DNA of 64,000 nucleotides from an uncultured virus (IMG/VR IMGVR_UViG_3300032050_009172) (taxonomy: Duplodnaviria > Heunggongvirae > Uroviricota > Caudoviricetes): the IMG/VR virus record IMGVR_UViG_3300032050_009172; one strand, 5' to 3'. The notes beneath the pieces are model-generated. The model saw nothing but the letters and a program-made list of their open reading frames with translations, was not told where the DNA came from and made no database searches. Position 1 is the first letter of the stretch. Each line of letters begins with the position of its first letter. Shown here in pieces: positions 9,267 through 18,973 of this stretch. The position numbers were made by a program, and so were the translations under genes.

Positions 9267-10267
9267 TGTCAGTAAAAGAAAGCATACAATATCTTACCGA
9301 TCAAAAAAACGGTCCAAGCTACATAGTTCGCAAATATGGAACCGGCTGGCTTGAAACCATGCCTGATCTCAAAATGTATTATTTGACTGGGATTCCCCAG
9401 GCGTTTTATGATTCATATGTAGAAACTTGTTTCAACAGTGTGGTCAAAACTGCAATAGAGTCTGATGATGCTGATGCGTCAAGAAAAATTAGCAAAATAA
9501 ACGACATGACATACAAGTACCGCCGAGAAAAGTTTTTCTTTCCTCCATTTGTGATGTGTGACACCGGCGATGTTACTGTGGGCAACAATCGACTGGCAGC
9601 GTTGATCTTGAATGGATTGCCAGCTGAAAATATTCCAGTAATTGTGTACGGTACTCCTAAATCAAATTTTACGCAATGGGGACCTGGTACGTTGATCGAG
9701 TCAACTGAACATTTTGAACAGATGTTGGGACTAGACAATGTTGACCATGGAATAGAAATGCATTTTGATGATGTGGCTCAACAAATGCGCCTGGACCGTA
9801 CAATTGTTCGTCATACCAAATACGATCCAGAATACATTCCTCAGTTTTTACAAACACAGTTGGCCACGGGCATGCAAATACAAACCTGGTGGCGTCGTTT
9901 TTGTAAAGACTGGACTGAACAAAAACCCACACCCATCACCATCGAAGTGCATTGCACTGAAGAAACTGTGCCATTGATTAGATACAATCCAGAAGTTTGG
10001 AAAGTAAATTTTGTGCATCGAAAACCACAAGAGTGGAGTTTTAGTTATGGCATGTTGTTGGGGCAGTGGAACAGAGATTCAGTTAGATTGAAAAACGAAC
10101 CTGTACAAGCATGGGTCTACAACATTGAAGAACCACTGGATTTAGAAAAACTAGTACCTTGGGTGGACCCACAAAAAAGTTGTTATAAAACCCCTAACGA
10201 AAAACTGGTGTTTTTTTACACTGGCGAAATAACTGAGATTGCAGAAATTGCCGACATTGCAAAATAA
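9266..10267 (+). CDS. hypothetical protein
   Basis: TAATG overlap; GNNRL resembles a ParB-like motif (weak). Confidence 0.6.
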   Translation: MSVKESIQYLTDQKNGPSYIVRKYGTGWLETMPDLKMYYLTGIPQAFYDSYVETCFNSVVKTAIESDDADASRKISKINDMTYKYRREKFFFPPFVMCDTGDVTVGNNRLAALILNGLPAENIPVIVYGTPKSNFTQWGPGTLIESTEHFEQMLGLDNVDHGIEMHFDDVAQQMRLDRTIVRHTKYDPEYIPQFLQTQLATGMQIQTWWRRFCKDWTEQKPTPITIEVHCTEETVPLIRYNPEVWKVNFVHRKPQEWSFSYGMLLGQWNRDSVRLKNEPVQAWVYNIEEPLDLEKLVPWVDPQKSCYKTPNEKLVFFYTGEITEIAEIADIAK

Positions 10268-10275
10268 ATAAGTTT

Positions 10276-10824
10276 ATGGAAATTCGCAATCACATCAATC
10301 TTGTAGAAGCAAGCACACGTCCGGCAAAACTGGAAACCACTCCTTTGCCCTACGGCATCAAGGATCTTGAGCCTGTGATGAGCCGAGCCACAATAGACTA
10401 TCACTTTGACCACTTGGCCAAAGGCTATGCAAAGCGTTACAACGCAGGAGAAGGCAATGCGGATTTTAATCGTGCTGGCAGTTTTTTACACAATAAGTTC
10501 TTCCCTCAGCTTAGGGCTCCTAAAGCTACCAACCGTCCCCGCGGCGCAGTACTCGCGTTGATAGAAGAAAAATTTAAAACTTGGGAAGACTTCAAGGAGC
10601 AGTTCAAAGAAACTGCCATGAAGATCCAAGGATCAGGTTGGGTGTATTTGAGTACTGGTGGTGACATCAAGACCATCGCCAATCATGCTGTACGCACAGA
10701 CATCTGCTGTTTGGTAGACTGGTGGGAACATGCATGGGCGTTAGATTATCAAGCGGACAAAGAAGGTTATCTCAACAACGTGTGGAAGATAATCAACTGG
10801 GACGTTTGCAACGAAAGACTATAA
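10276..10824 (+). CDS. sod: Fe/Mn superoxide dismutase
   Basis: LPY..LEPV.S..T..YH, FLHN.FF, GSGW.YL, DWWEHA; TAAATA 5 nt upstream. Confidence 0.9.
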   Translation: MEIRNHINLVEASTRPAKLETTPLPYGIKDLEPVMSRATIDYHFDHLAKGYAKRYNAGEGNADFNRAGSFLHNKFFPQLRAPKATNRPRGAVLALIEEKFKTWEDFKEQFKETAMKIQGSGWVYLSTGGDIKTIANHAVRTDICCLVDWWEHAWALDYQADKEGYLNNVWKIINWDVCNERL

Positions 10825-11144
10825 TGAATTTAGAAACTGGTGCTGTGTCAAAATTACGCGAACTGATTGCTGAAGAAAATAACCCTAATCTCATGCTCAG
10901 AGTGTTTGTGCAGGGCGGCGGCTGTTCAGGATTCAGTTATGGATTCACATTTGAAGAAACCAAAAACGAAGATGATTTTGACTTTGCATATGATGAAGTC
11001 AAGGTAGTTGTGGATGCTATGAGCATGCAATATCTCAACGGCGCATCAATTGACTACAAAGAAGATTTGATGAGTGCCAGTTTTGTAATCAACAATCCAC
11101 AGGCTTCTTCAACCTGTGGTTGTGGATCTAGCTTTGCAGTTTAG
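10824..11144 (+). CDS. erpA: A-type Fe-S carrier (ErpA/IscA/HesB)
   Basis: [17 protein letters not shown] ... [11 protein letters not shown]. Confidence 0.93.
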   Translation: MNLETGAVSKLRELIAEENNPNLMLRVFVQGGGCSGFSYGFTFEETKNEDDFDFAYDEVKVVVDAMSMQYLNGASIDYKEDLMSASFVINNPQASSTCGCGSSFAV

Positions 11145-11373
11145 ATCGATTTTTTGGGTTTGATGCCCAAGCCTTATACTGCAACAGAATTGAACTGTTT
11201 TTGGCCCACACAGGAACACCACCATCACCTTGCAGTATGTAAAGAAATAATGGGACGTTGGGTATAATTTCATTATACTGAGCTGCGTTCTTGGTCACCT
11301 GTTCAAACACCTTGTCTTTTGTGCTGTCATCAAGCGCATGAAATTTCTGTGTAAGTTCTTGTATGGTAAACAT
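11128..11373 (-). CDS. hypothetical protein
   Basis: SD AAGGA before ATG 11373; last gene of minus-strand operon. Confidence 0.55.
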   Translation of the reverse strand: MFTIQELTQKFHALDDSTKDKVFEQVTKNAAQYNEIIPNVPLFLYILQGDGGVPVWAKNSSILLQYKAWASNPKNRSKLQS

Positions 11374-11374
11374 A

Positions 11375-13582
11375 TTATTCCTTGTAATCAATAGTACTGG
11401 TCTTTTTAATTTTCTTTACAATATAACCAATGGCTTTGTTAACTGCAAGACCCACAGTCACACATGCCCATCCTCCAATGCTGAATGGAATGTTGTGCCC
11501 AGCACGTCGAGCAATTTCTTTAGAGAATGCGCCACCGATGACTCGTGCTAGTGATATGGCCAACTGCTGACTCAATCGTTGTTGTTCATCAGCGGTTTTC
11601 CAGAATAACAATTTAGGCAACATGGGTCGACCTTGCCCTTTGACATATTGTACAAGTACATCAGCCCAGGCTCTGTAGCCACGATAAGACACAAAATCAT
11701 TTTGATACAACCATAAACCATAGGCTTGGTCGTATTCAAATATTTCTTTTTCCATGTAGCCAAGTTCGTACAGTGCTGTACAGATCACTTTGCCACCACC
11801 ACCTCCTCCACCACCGTCCCAACCGCCATACCCATCTCCGCCGCCACTTGGTGGAGGAGGTGGTGGTAATTCTTCAAAATCTGCTGGCAATGGATTTGTT
11901 CCAAGGCCAAGATAATTTGCAAACACCGGACTGGTTGATGCAATTGTTGGTACCCATTCGCCGTTTATTTTTATAAATTTTTTCTTAGCCAAGCGCCATA
12001 GTCCAGTATATTTTACAAAAGTTTTGGTCACTGGATTCCATGTGCCAGCAGTTTTTACATGTATGTCCGGCACTTCAAACACAAATACCGCATAGCCGTT
12101 TCTGCCATTTCCTTCAAGATTGCCAACAACGGCTTGAGACTGTCCACCTAATGCAACACCTGCTCGATAATAAATGTTGGTTGTGCCACCAGGAGTTCTA
12201 CCCGAAGGATTTTGCACTTCAATTCCAGTGCTGCCACCAAATGATCCTGATGTGCCGCCGTCGCCGCCTGCACCTGGGGATGCACCACCACGGCCACCTG
12301 TGATGCCGCCACCGCCTCCGCCGCAGCCACCGCCATTATAATACACTCTGCTGGTGCCATTTTGACCAGCAAAAAATCCTGCGGCATTCTGACCGCGTGC
12401 GCCCGGAGCACTAGCACCTGCACTGGTGATACCACCAGCTCCGCCTCCGCCTCCGCCACCGGCTGCACCAATTATCACATCATTCTTTAAAATTATTGTA
12501 GCGCCGCCGCCACCCCCGGCTCCGCCACCACCTGCTATTCCATCACCGCCCCGGGCACCGGCATAATTAACACCAGATCCAATAACTAATGCAACGGCGC
12601 CTCGTTTGCCGGTAGCAGCAGTTGACACTATTCTAATAGTTCTATTGCCAGCTGTAACAATAACTCCCACAGTCCAGGGAATTTGTGGATCATAACTGAA
12701 TGCCGCAAATTCACCATCTACATAAAAATCTGCTCGTCCATTAGAGCATATGGTAAATTGATAGTTGCCAGTCGACGGAAATGCCACGGTATATGTTCTG
12801 TCAAACACTGATGCCGAAGGCGGGTCTACCCAAACTCCGTAATTGTTTAAAAATGTGCAGTAGGTCGGACTGAATTCACGATAAACAGGTGGGGAGGCAG
12901 TGTTAGTAACAGTGTTAAAAAGACTCGATGTAAGTAAACCAGCACCAGCTTCGCCGCCTGGTGTTATTCCAGAGGCCAATGCAGTGACGCCGCCGGCACC
13001 ACCACCTTGTCCTACTGCAACATCAAGTATGTCACCTTCGTTGATGGTAAAATTAACCTGTGCATACGCACCGCCGCCGCCGGTGCCGCCTACTGCTGCG
13101 CCACTTGTGTACGTGGTATAATCAAAATCGTAAACTTTCACAAAATACGGAGACTGTACTCCATTTTGTGTGTATATTGTTACGCCTTGAAACGTTGTTG
13201 GGTTAGCCAGGATTGTGGGTGGTGGATTATTAAGTCTGGCTGGATTTGGTGCAGGTGGCGGTGGCGGAACTGGAGAACCATAAACTATAATTCCATTTAT
13301 TACCACAACCCATGCTATTGGGTAATAGGTTTCTGGTCCTTCGTTAAAAACGTTATAACCAAGTTCATAATAACCAGATTTATTTGGTATCAGTGGACCA
13401 AACCAAGGATCCTGCTGAATATCGCCTTGATAACTGGTTGTAAATGACCCAGTTGGCGCCCTAGCGCCGCCTGCACCACCACCGCCCCACAAGTATGCAG
13501 TCACAGGCACAGCGTTGCCATGCACCCAGGTCAATCTCTGGACAAACCCAGTGTACCCTGCTTCTCTTATTACTTCTGCCAT
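11375..13582 (-). CDS. glycine-rich virion/tail protein with distinct C-terminal domain
   Basis: GGGGAGG repeats, poly-Pro linkers, C-terminal (G)8KVICTALY...GYRAWA domain. Confidence 0.75.
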   Translation of the reverse strand: MAEVIREAGYTGFVQRLTWVHGNAVPVTAYLWGGGGAGGARAPTGSFTTSYQGDIQQDPWFGPLIPNKSGYYELGYNVFNEGPETYYPIAWVVVINGIIVYGSPVPPPPPAPNPARLNNPPPTILANPTTFQGVTIYTQNGVQSPYFVKVYDFDYTTYTSGAAVGGTGGGGAYAQVNFTINEGDILDVAVGQGGGAGGVTALASGITPGGEAGAGLLTSSLFNTVTNTASPPVYREFSPTYCTFLNNYGVWVDPPSASVFDRTYTVAFPSTGNYQFTICSNGRADFYVDGEFAAFSYDPQIPWTVGVIVTAGNRTIRIVSTAATGKRGAVALVIGSGVNYAGARGGDGIAGGGGAGGGGGATIILKNDVIIGAAGGGGGGGAGGITSAGASAPGARGQNAAGFFAGQNGTSRVYYNGGGCGGGGGGITGGRGGASPGAGGDGGTSGSFGGSTGIEVQNPSGRTPGGTTNIYYRAGVALGGQSQAVVGNLEGNGRNGYAVFVFEVPDIHVKTAGTWNPVTKTFVKYTGLWRLAKKKFIKINGEWVPTIASTSPVFANYLGLGTNPLPADFEELPPPPPPSGGGDGYGGWDGGGGGGGGKVICTALYELGYMEKEIFEYDQAYGLWLYQNDFVSYRGYRAWADVLVQYVKGQGRPMLPKLLFWKTADEQQRLSQQLAISLARVIGGAFSKEIARRAGHNIPFSIGGWACVTVGLAVNKAIGYIVKKIKKTSTIDYKE

Positions 13583-13585
13583 ATA

Positions 13586-15853
13586 TTAAATTTGATACCA
13601 AACGTCGCCGTCATTACCACCAGTTGGAAGATCAAACGAAATGTATCTTACACCATAGCCATTGCTGTTTGTTGCAATACTGAGTGTGAGATCAGATGCC
13701 AAGTTGCCGCCTCCAGCCAGCCCATTGCCTGTATTGATAGCTCTAGTTAATGGAGGAACCCCTAGACTTGTTCTTGCGGCTGCTGCTGTGGCTCCATTTG
13801 TTCCACCAGATTCGATAGGTATTGGTGCAGTCAATGTAGTTATGTAGCCGCCAGTGATGGCCACACTATTGGCATTTTGAGTGGCCATTGTCCCTACTGT
13901 AGTAGTAGCGCCAGACTCTAACTGCAATGCAGTTCTTGCACCGGCCGCAGTGGTGGCACCTGTACCACCATTTAGAAGAGACAGTGGGAAATCAGGAATG
14001 CCAAGAGCTGCTCTAGCATTGCCTGCTGTGGACGCTCCGGTACCGCCATTGGGAATTGTCAATGGAGTGATACCAGTAATAGAACCGCCTTCAATAGTTA
14101 CTGCATTGGCATTTTGAGTGGCCATGGTGCCTACGTTTGTGGTAGCACCAGTTTCCAATCCCAAATTACTTCTAGCGCCGGCCGAGTCTGATGCACCGGT
14201 GCCACCTTGTGCAATTGACAACGGAGTGATGCCTGTGATGGTACCGCCAGTGATGGTGATGTTTGACGAATTTTGAGTGGCCATGGTACCAAGGCCCAAA
14301 TTGGTTCTGGCTTGCACCTCAGTGGTTGCGCCAGTTCCGCCAGATACAATTGCAATAGCACTGATACCGCTTATTTGACCACCAGTAATAGTGACATTGT
14401 CAGAAGCCTGTGTGGCCATGCTGTTAAGACCCAGATTAATTCGAGCATTAACATTACTGGTTGCACCAGTTCCGCCGCTGGCAATAGGCAATGGTGTTGC
14501 TAAACTTTGTATGGTTACACCTTCAATTGCACCACCAGTGATTGCAACTGCATTGGACTGCTGAATAGCAATAGTACCAAGTCCAAGATTGTCTCTAGCA
14601 GAAACAACGTCGAATCCCCCAGTACCACCTGCACTTATGGCCAATGGAGTGATGCCTGTAATTGTACCACCTGTGATGTTTACAGCAGTGGAATTTTGTG
14701 TGGATATTGTTCCTAGTCCCAAATTGGTTCTGGCGCCAGCTGCGGTACTTGCCCCAGTGCCGCCATCGGCCACTGCCAAGTCAATAATGCCAGTTATCTC
14801 GCCACCTGAAATTGCAACTGCGTTGGCATCTTGTTGTGATACTGATCCAAGTCCTAAACTGGATCTAGCTGTGGCAGCAGTGTTTCCGCCGGTGCCGCCA
14901 TCAATAATAGCCAGTGGAGTGATACCTGTTATTGTTCCACCAGTGATTGCAATAGCGTTGGCATTTTGCTGACTGGCTGTTCCCAAGTTACCAGTTACAC
15001 TGTAAACAAACCCAGTGGTGGCCAATTGAGTGTTGGCTGTGCCTACCACTGCGGTTGGTGCTGTGGGCACTCCCAAAAATGCTGGACTTACTTTTTCGCC
15101 TTGAACAAAAGCAGTAGTGGCCAACTGCGAAGTGTTGGTTCCAGCGGCTGCGGTAGGCGCAGTGGGAATCCCAACCAACGCTGGACTGTCTTTTTGATTT
15201 TGCACAAACTCAGTGGTAGCCAATTGAGTGTTGTTAGACACATTTGCTGGTGTTGGTGCAGTGGGTATGCCTGCAAAGGCTGGTCCAGCAGTTACAAATG
15301 CTGTGGTTGCAATCTGTGTGGTTGCTGTACCCGATGAGGCAGTGGGTGCTGTGGGCACACCACTCAATTGTGGACTGTTGGAAACAAATGCTGTGGTTGC
15401 AATCTGTGTGGTTGCTGTGCCAGCCGCAGCAGTAGGAGCAGTGGGCACGCCACTTAATTGTGGACTGTTGGAAACAAATGCAGTGGTTGCTAATTGTGTG
15501 TTGGCTGTGCCGGCAGCGGCTGTGGGTGCTGTGGGAACTCCAGTAAAAGCAGGACTGATTTTTTGAGCTTGCACATAATCTTGGCTGGCCAATGCAGTGA
15601 AAGTATTGCCAGAACTGTATACAGAAATAACATCAGTACTGGAATTGTACCAAAGTTGTCCTAAAATTGGTTGCAATGGTCCAGTATCATTGGCAAAGTT
15701 TTCCAACAAAAACACATAGTTTTCGTTTTCTGCCGTGCCATAACTAGACACAGCACGACCTACTAGATTCAAACTAGTGCTAGTGGTGTTAATAGTGCCG
15801 TCTGGGACCACAGCAATTGTTTGTCCTCTGCTGTTATTGATGATATATGACAT
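13586..15853 (-). CDS. tail fibre-like protein
   Basis: LLENFA..GQLWY N-terminus; PTAPT..GT.TTQIATTAFV and GGTGA.TA..AR.NLGL repeats; G.DGDVWYQ end. Confidence 0.8.
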   Translation of the reverse strand: MSYIINNSRGQTIAVVPDGTINTTSTSLNLVGRAVSSYGTAENENYVFLLENFANDTGPLQPILGQLWYNSSTDVISVYSSGNTFTALASQDYVQAQKISPAFTGVPTAPTAAAGTANTQLATTAFVSNSPQLSGVPTAPTAAAGTATTQIATTAFVSNSPQLSGVPTAPTASSGTATTQIATTAFVTAGPAFAGIPTAPTPANVSNNTQLATTEFVQNQKDSPALVGIPTAPTAAAGTNTSQLATTAFVQGEKVSPAFLGVPTAPTAVVGTANTQLATTGFVYSVTGNLGTASQQNANAIAITGGTITGITPLAIIDGGTGGNTAATARSSLGLGSVSQQDANAVAISGGEITGIIDLAVADGGTGASTAAGARTNLGLGTISTQNSTAVNITGGTITGITPLAISAGGTGGFDVVSARDNLGLGTIAIQQSNAVAITGGAIEGVTIQSLATPLPIASGGTGATSNVNARINLGLNSMATQASDNVTITGGQISGISAIAIVSGGTGATTEVQARTNLGLGTMATQNSSNITITGGTITGITPLSIAQGGTGASDSAGARSNLGLETGATTNVGTMATQNANAVTIEGGSITGITPLTIPNGGTGASTAGNARAALGIPDFPLSLLNGGTGATTAAGARTALQLESGATTTVGTMATQNANSVAITGGYITTLTAPIPIESGGTNGATAAAARTSLGVPPLTRAINTGNGLAGGGNLASDLTLSIATNSNGYGVRYISFDLPTGGNDGDVWYQI
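15110..15545 (-). repeat. about 90-bp (30-aa) tandem coding repeats
   Basis: ACAAATGC(T/A)GTGGTTGC recurs at 15294, 15384 and 15474; degenerate copies flank these. Confidence 0.85.
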
Positions 15854-15872
15854 TGTTTACTCCGAGCTGGTG

Positions 15873-15903
15873 TATTTAGCGGTGCACAGAGTTTTGGTAA
15901 ATA
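15873..15903. promoter_or_regulatory. back-to-back TAAATA late-type promoters
   Basis: TAAATA on minus (15878-15873) and plus (15898-15903) between divergent structural genes. Confidence 0.7.
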
Positions 15904-15921
15904 GCTTACTAGGACTGGATT

Positions 15922-18900
15922 ATGGCACAACAATTTATTGATACTGGCAATACTGCCAACGACGGCACCGGATCACCACTGAGAACAGCGTTCACAATTG
16001 TCAATGACAATTTTACAGAACTCTACAATATTGGTGGTATTTCGGGCATTGCTAACGGTACTTCAAACATTCAAATTGTTGAAAATTCAACAGTTAGTGT
16101 GAGTGCAGCCAACGTTGCAAACGTGCTGGTTGTTTCGGGCACAGGTGCCACAGTAAAAGGCACATTATTAGCAAACTCAGCAATCAGTGCCACTGGCAAC
16201 ATCAGCGCCGGCGGATTTTATATTGGTAACGGCAGTCAACTTACTGGTGTGGTTAGCCAGGCCAATGCAGCATTATTGACTGGAAATGTACTCAGTGCCA
16301 ACGTAACTTCGGCCAGTTTTACCACAGTTGGCACACTGGCCAATCTCACTGCTACTGGAAATGTGGTTGGCGGGAACCTAACCACAGCTGGAGTAGTTTC
16401 TTCATCTGGCAATATTATTTCACAAAACATAAACACTGGTATTGTGAATGCATCTGGCAATTTAATAGGTGACAGTGCAATTTTGTCAGGTAGTGTGTTG
16501 GCCACTGGCACAATCAGTGCCGCAGGCAACGTTACAGGTGCATACGTCATTGGTAACGGCAGTCAATTAACAGGCATCAGCGTTAGTTCAAATGCTGCGT
16601 TGCTTACAGGAACCACACTCAGTGCTAACGTGATCAACTCAAGTTTGACCACGCTTGGTGATTTAAATTCATTGGTGGTAAGCAATGCGCTTGGTGGATC
16701 AGGAAATATTACCAGTAACAACTTGTCAACCAGTGCAACTGTATCAGCAACAGGTAACATCATTGGCGCCAACTTTGTTACTGTTGGATTGATATCTGTT
16801 GGTGGCACAATCACTGCCAGCGGAGACATAACTGGCGCCAATATAGTTGCCAATGCCAACGTAACTGGCAACAACATCAGCTCAACCAACAACATCACCA
16901 GCACTATTATATCCGCAAGTGGCAACGTCACAGGCGGTAATTTAAGAACAGCTGGTCAAGTTAGTGCCACAGGCGACGTCACTGGTAACAACATAATTGG
17001 GTTGGGATCTGCAAACATTGTGAACAGTGTGGTGGTAGGATCCACGTTGAGTGCAGTGAGCAATATCACTGGTGGCAACTTGCTTACTGGTGGAACTGTA
17101 ACAGCAAGCGGTAACATAACTGCTCCAAATTTCATTGGCAATGTGGTTGGTAACATATCTGGAAATCTTTCAGTTGCTGGATCAAACACACAAGTTCTTT
17201 TTAATGATAATGGTTTGGCCAACGCCAGTGCTGGAATGACTTTTGACAAGACTTCCAATGTGTTTACCATAAGTGGTAACATAATTGGCGGCAATATTTC
17301 TACCGCAGGCAATGTAAATGGTGCCAATGTTGTGACTTCGGCGGGTCTTATTGTGGGCGGTGACGCAGTAATTGCTGGTAACCTAACTGTGTCAGGCGAC
17401 ACAGAATATACCAATGTTACCACTCTAGCAGTTGAGGATCCAATCATTGGTATTGGTAGAGCTGCAAACAATCAACCATTGGTAACCAATGATGGTAAGG
17501 ACCGTGGTGAACAACTTTGGTATTTTACCACAGCTGAAAGATCAGCATTTATTGGTTACGACAATTCTGCAGACAAATTGATTGCCGCAGTTCAAGTTAC
17601 TATTGCCAGTGAAGTTGTTACTGTCAACAACTATGGAAATTTAGTTGTGGGCAACATTGACGCACAGGGCACAGTCAGCGCCACAGGTGATGTGCAAGCT
17701 GCTGGCGCTATTTCTGGCACAGGCAACGTAACTGGAGGAAACATACGAACTGCTGGGTTGATCACGGCTACCGGTAACATCATTGGCGGAAATATTTCTG
17801 CTACAAATCACACTGGCACAACTGTCAGCGTGACAGCCAATGTGATTGGTGGAAACTTAACCACAGGTGGACTAATCACATCCACAGGTAACGTCACCGG
17901 CGGCAACATAAACACCGGCGGGGTAGTATCAAGTACAGGCAACGTGATTGGTGGCAACATTGTTACAGGTGGTAGCATGTATTCATCTGGCGTGTTTAGC
18001 TCTACAGGCAACGTGATTGGTGGTAATGTAACCACTGTGGGATTGGTCACTGCTACTGGAAACATTACTTCAGCTGCAAACATCAGTGGTGGCAATTACA
18101 CCGCTACTGGTCAGATTTCTGCTGCTGCCAATGTTATTGCACCGTTGTTTGTGGGTAATATTATAGCTACTACCGTCACAGGTAATTTGACAGCACCTGG
18201 CGGTAATACGTTTGTGCTGTTCAATGACAACAACACAGCCAATGCCACATCTGGATTGCAATTTAATAAAATAACCAATAATTTGCTAGTGACTGGCAAC
18301 ATCAATGGTGCCAATATTGTCACCGGCGGTAGTGTTTCAGCATCTGGCAACTTGTCAGCGTTAGGAAATGTGATTGCCAATAATGTTTCAGCAACCCAGG
18401 TCAGCGGATTACTAACTACATCAATACAGACCAACATCACACAATTAGGCACATTGGCCAATTTATCCGTTACTGGTAATGTCACTGGTGGCGGATTTGT
18501 TACCACAGGCGCTACTGGTAATATCACCGGCGCCAATGTAATCAGTGGTACTACTATTTCAGCCTCTGCTAACGTAGTGGCAGCTCTATTCATTGGCTCA
18601 GGCGCTGGCTTGTCTTTCATTCCTGGTGCTAATGTTACTGGATCAGTAGCCAATGCTATTTTTGCAGCCAGTGCGTCATCTGCTACCACTGCTACTTCTG
18701 CTACTTCTGCTACCACTGCTGGTACAGTGACCACTGCGGCACAACCCAATATTACTTCTGTAGGAACACTGACTAGCCTAAGTGTCACAGGTGAGACAAG
18801 TGCTGGGAATGTCACCGGTGGAAATGTACAGGCCACATCCAGAATGATTATACCCGTTGCGTCTAGCGATCCAGCAAGCCCTGTTACAGGCCAACTTTAT

Positions 18901-18963
18901 TACAGTACCAGCTTTGGCGCTTTGAGATTATGGACCGGGTCTGCTTGGGACCAAATAGCTTAA
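15922..18963 (+). CDS. long fibre/baseplate-associated structural protein
   Basis: N-terminal G..ANDGTG.PLR.AF..VN.NF (T4 gp9/10-like); many (S/T)ATGNVTGGN repeats. Confidence 0.8.
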   Translation: MAQQFIDTGNTANDGTGSPLRTAFTIVNDNFTELYNIGGISGIANGTSNIQIVENSTVSVSAANVANVLVVSGTGATVKGTLLANSAISATGNISAGGFYIGNGSQLTGVVSQANAALLTGNVLSANVTSASFTTVGTLANLTATGNVVGGNLTTAGVVSSSGNIISQNINTGIVNASGNLIGDSAILSGSVLATGTISAAGNVTGAYVIGNGSQLTGISVSSNAALLTGTTLSANVINSSLTTLGDLNSLVVSNALGGSGNITSNNLSTSATVSATGNIIGANFVTVGLISVGGTITASGDITGANIVANANVTGNNISSTNNITSTIISASGNVTGGNLRTAGQVSATGDVTGNNIIGLGSANIVNSVVVGSTLSAVSNITGGNLLTGGTVTASGNITAPNFIGNVVGNISGNLSVAGSNTQVLFNDNGLANASAGMTFDKTSNVFTISGNIIGGNISTAGNVNGANVVTSAGLIVGGDAVIAGNLTVSGDTEYTNVTTLAVEDPIIGIGRAANNQPLVTNDGKDRGEQLWYFTTAERSAFIGYDNSADKLIAAVQVTIASEVVTVNNYGNLVVGNIDAQGTVSATGDVQAAGAISGTGNVTGGNIRTAGLITATGNIIGGNISATNHTGTTVSVTANVIGGNLTTGGLITSTGNVTGGNINTGGVVSSTGNVIGGNIVTGGSMYSSGVFSSTGNVIGGNVTTVGLVTATGNITSAANISGGNYTATGQISAAANVIAPLFVGNIIATTVTGNLTAPGGNTFVLFNDNNTANATSGLQFNKITNNLLVTGNINGANIVTGGSVSASGNLSALGNVIANNVSATQVSGLLTTSIQTNITQLGTLANLSVTGNVTGGGFVTTGATGNITGANVISGTTISASANVVAALFIGSGAGLSFIPGANVTGSVANAIFAASASSATTATSATSATTAGTVTTAAQPNITSVGTLTSLSVTGETSAGNVTGGNVQATSRMIIPVASSDPASPVTGQLYYSTSFGALRLWTGSAWDQIA

Positions 18964-18973
18964 GAAATAACAT

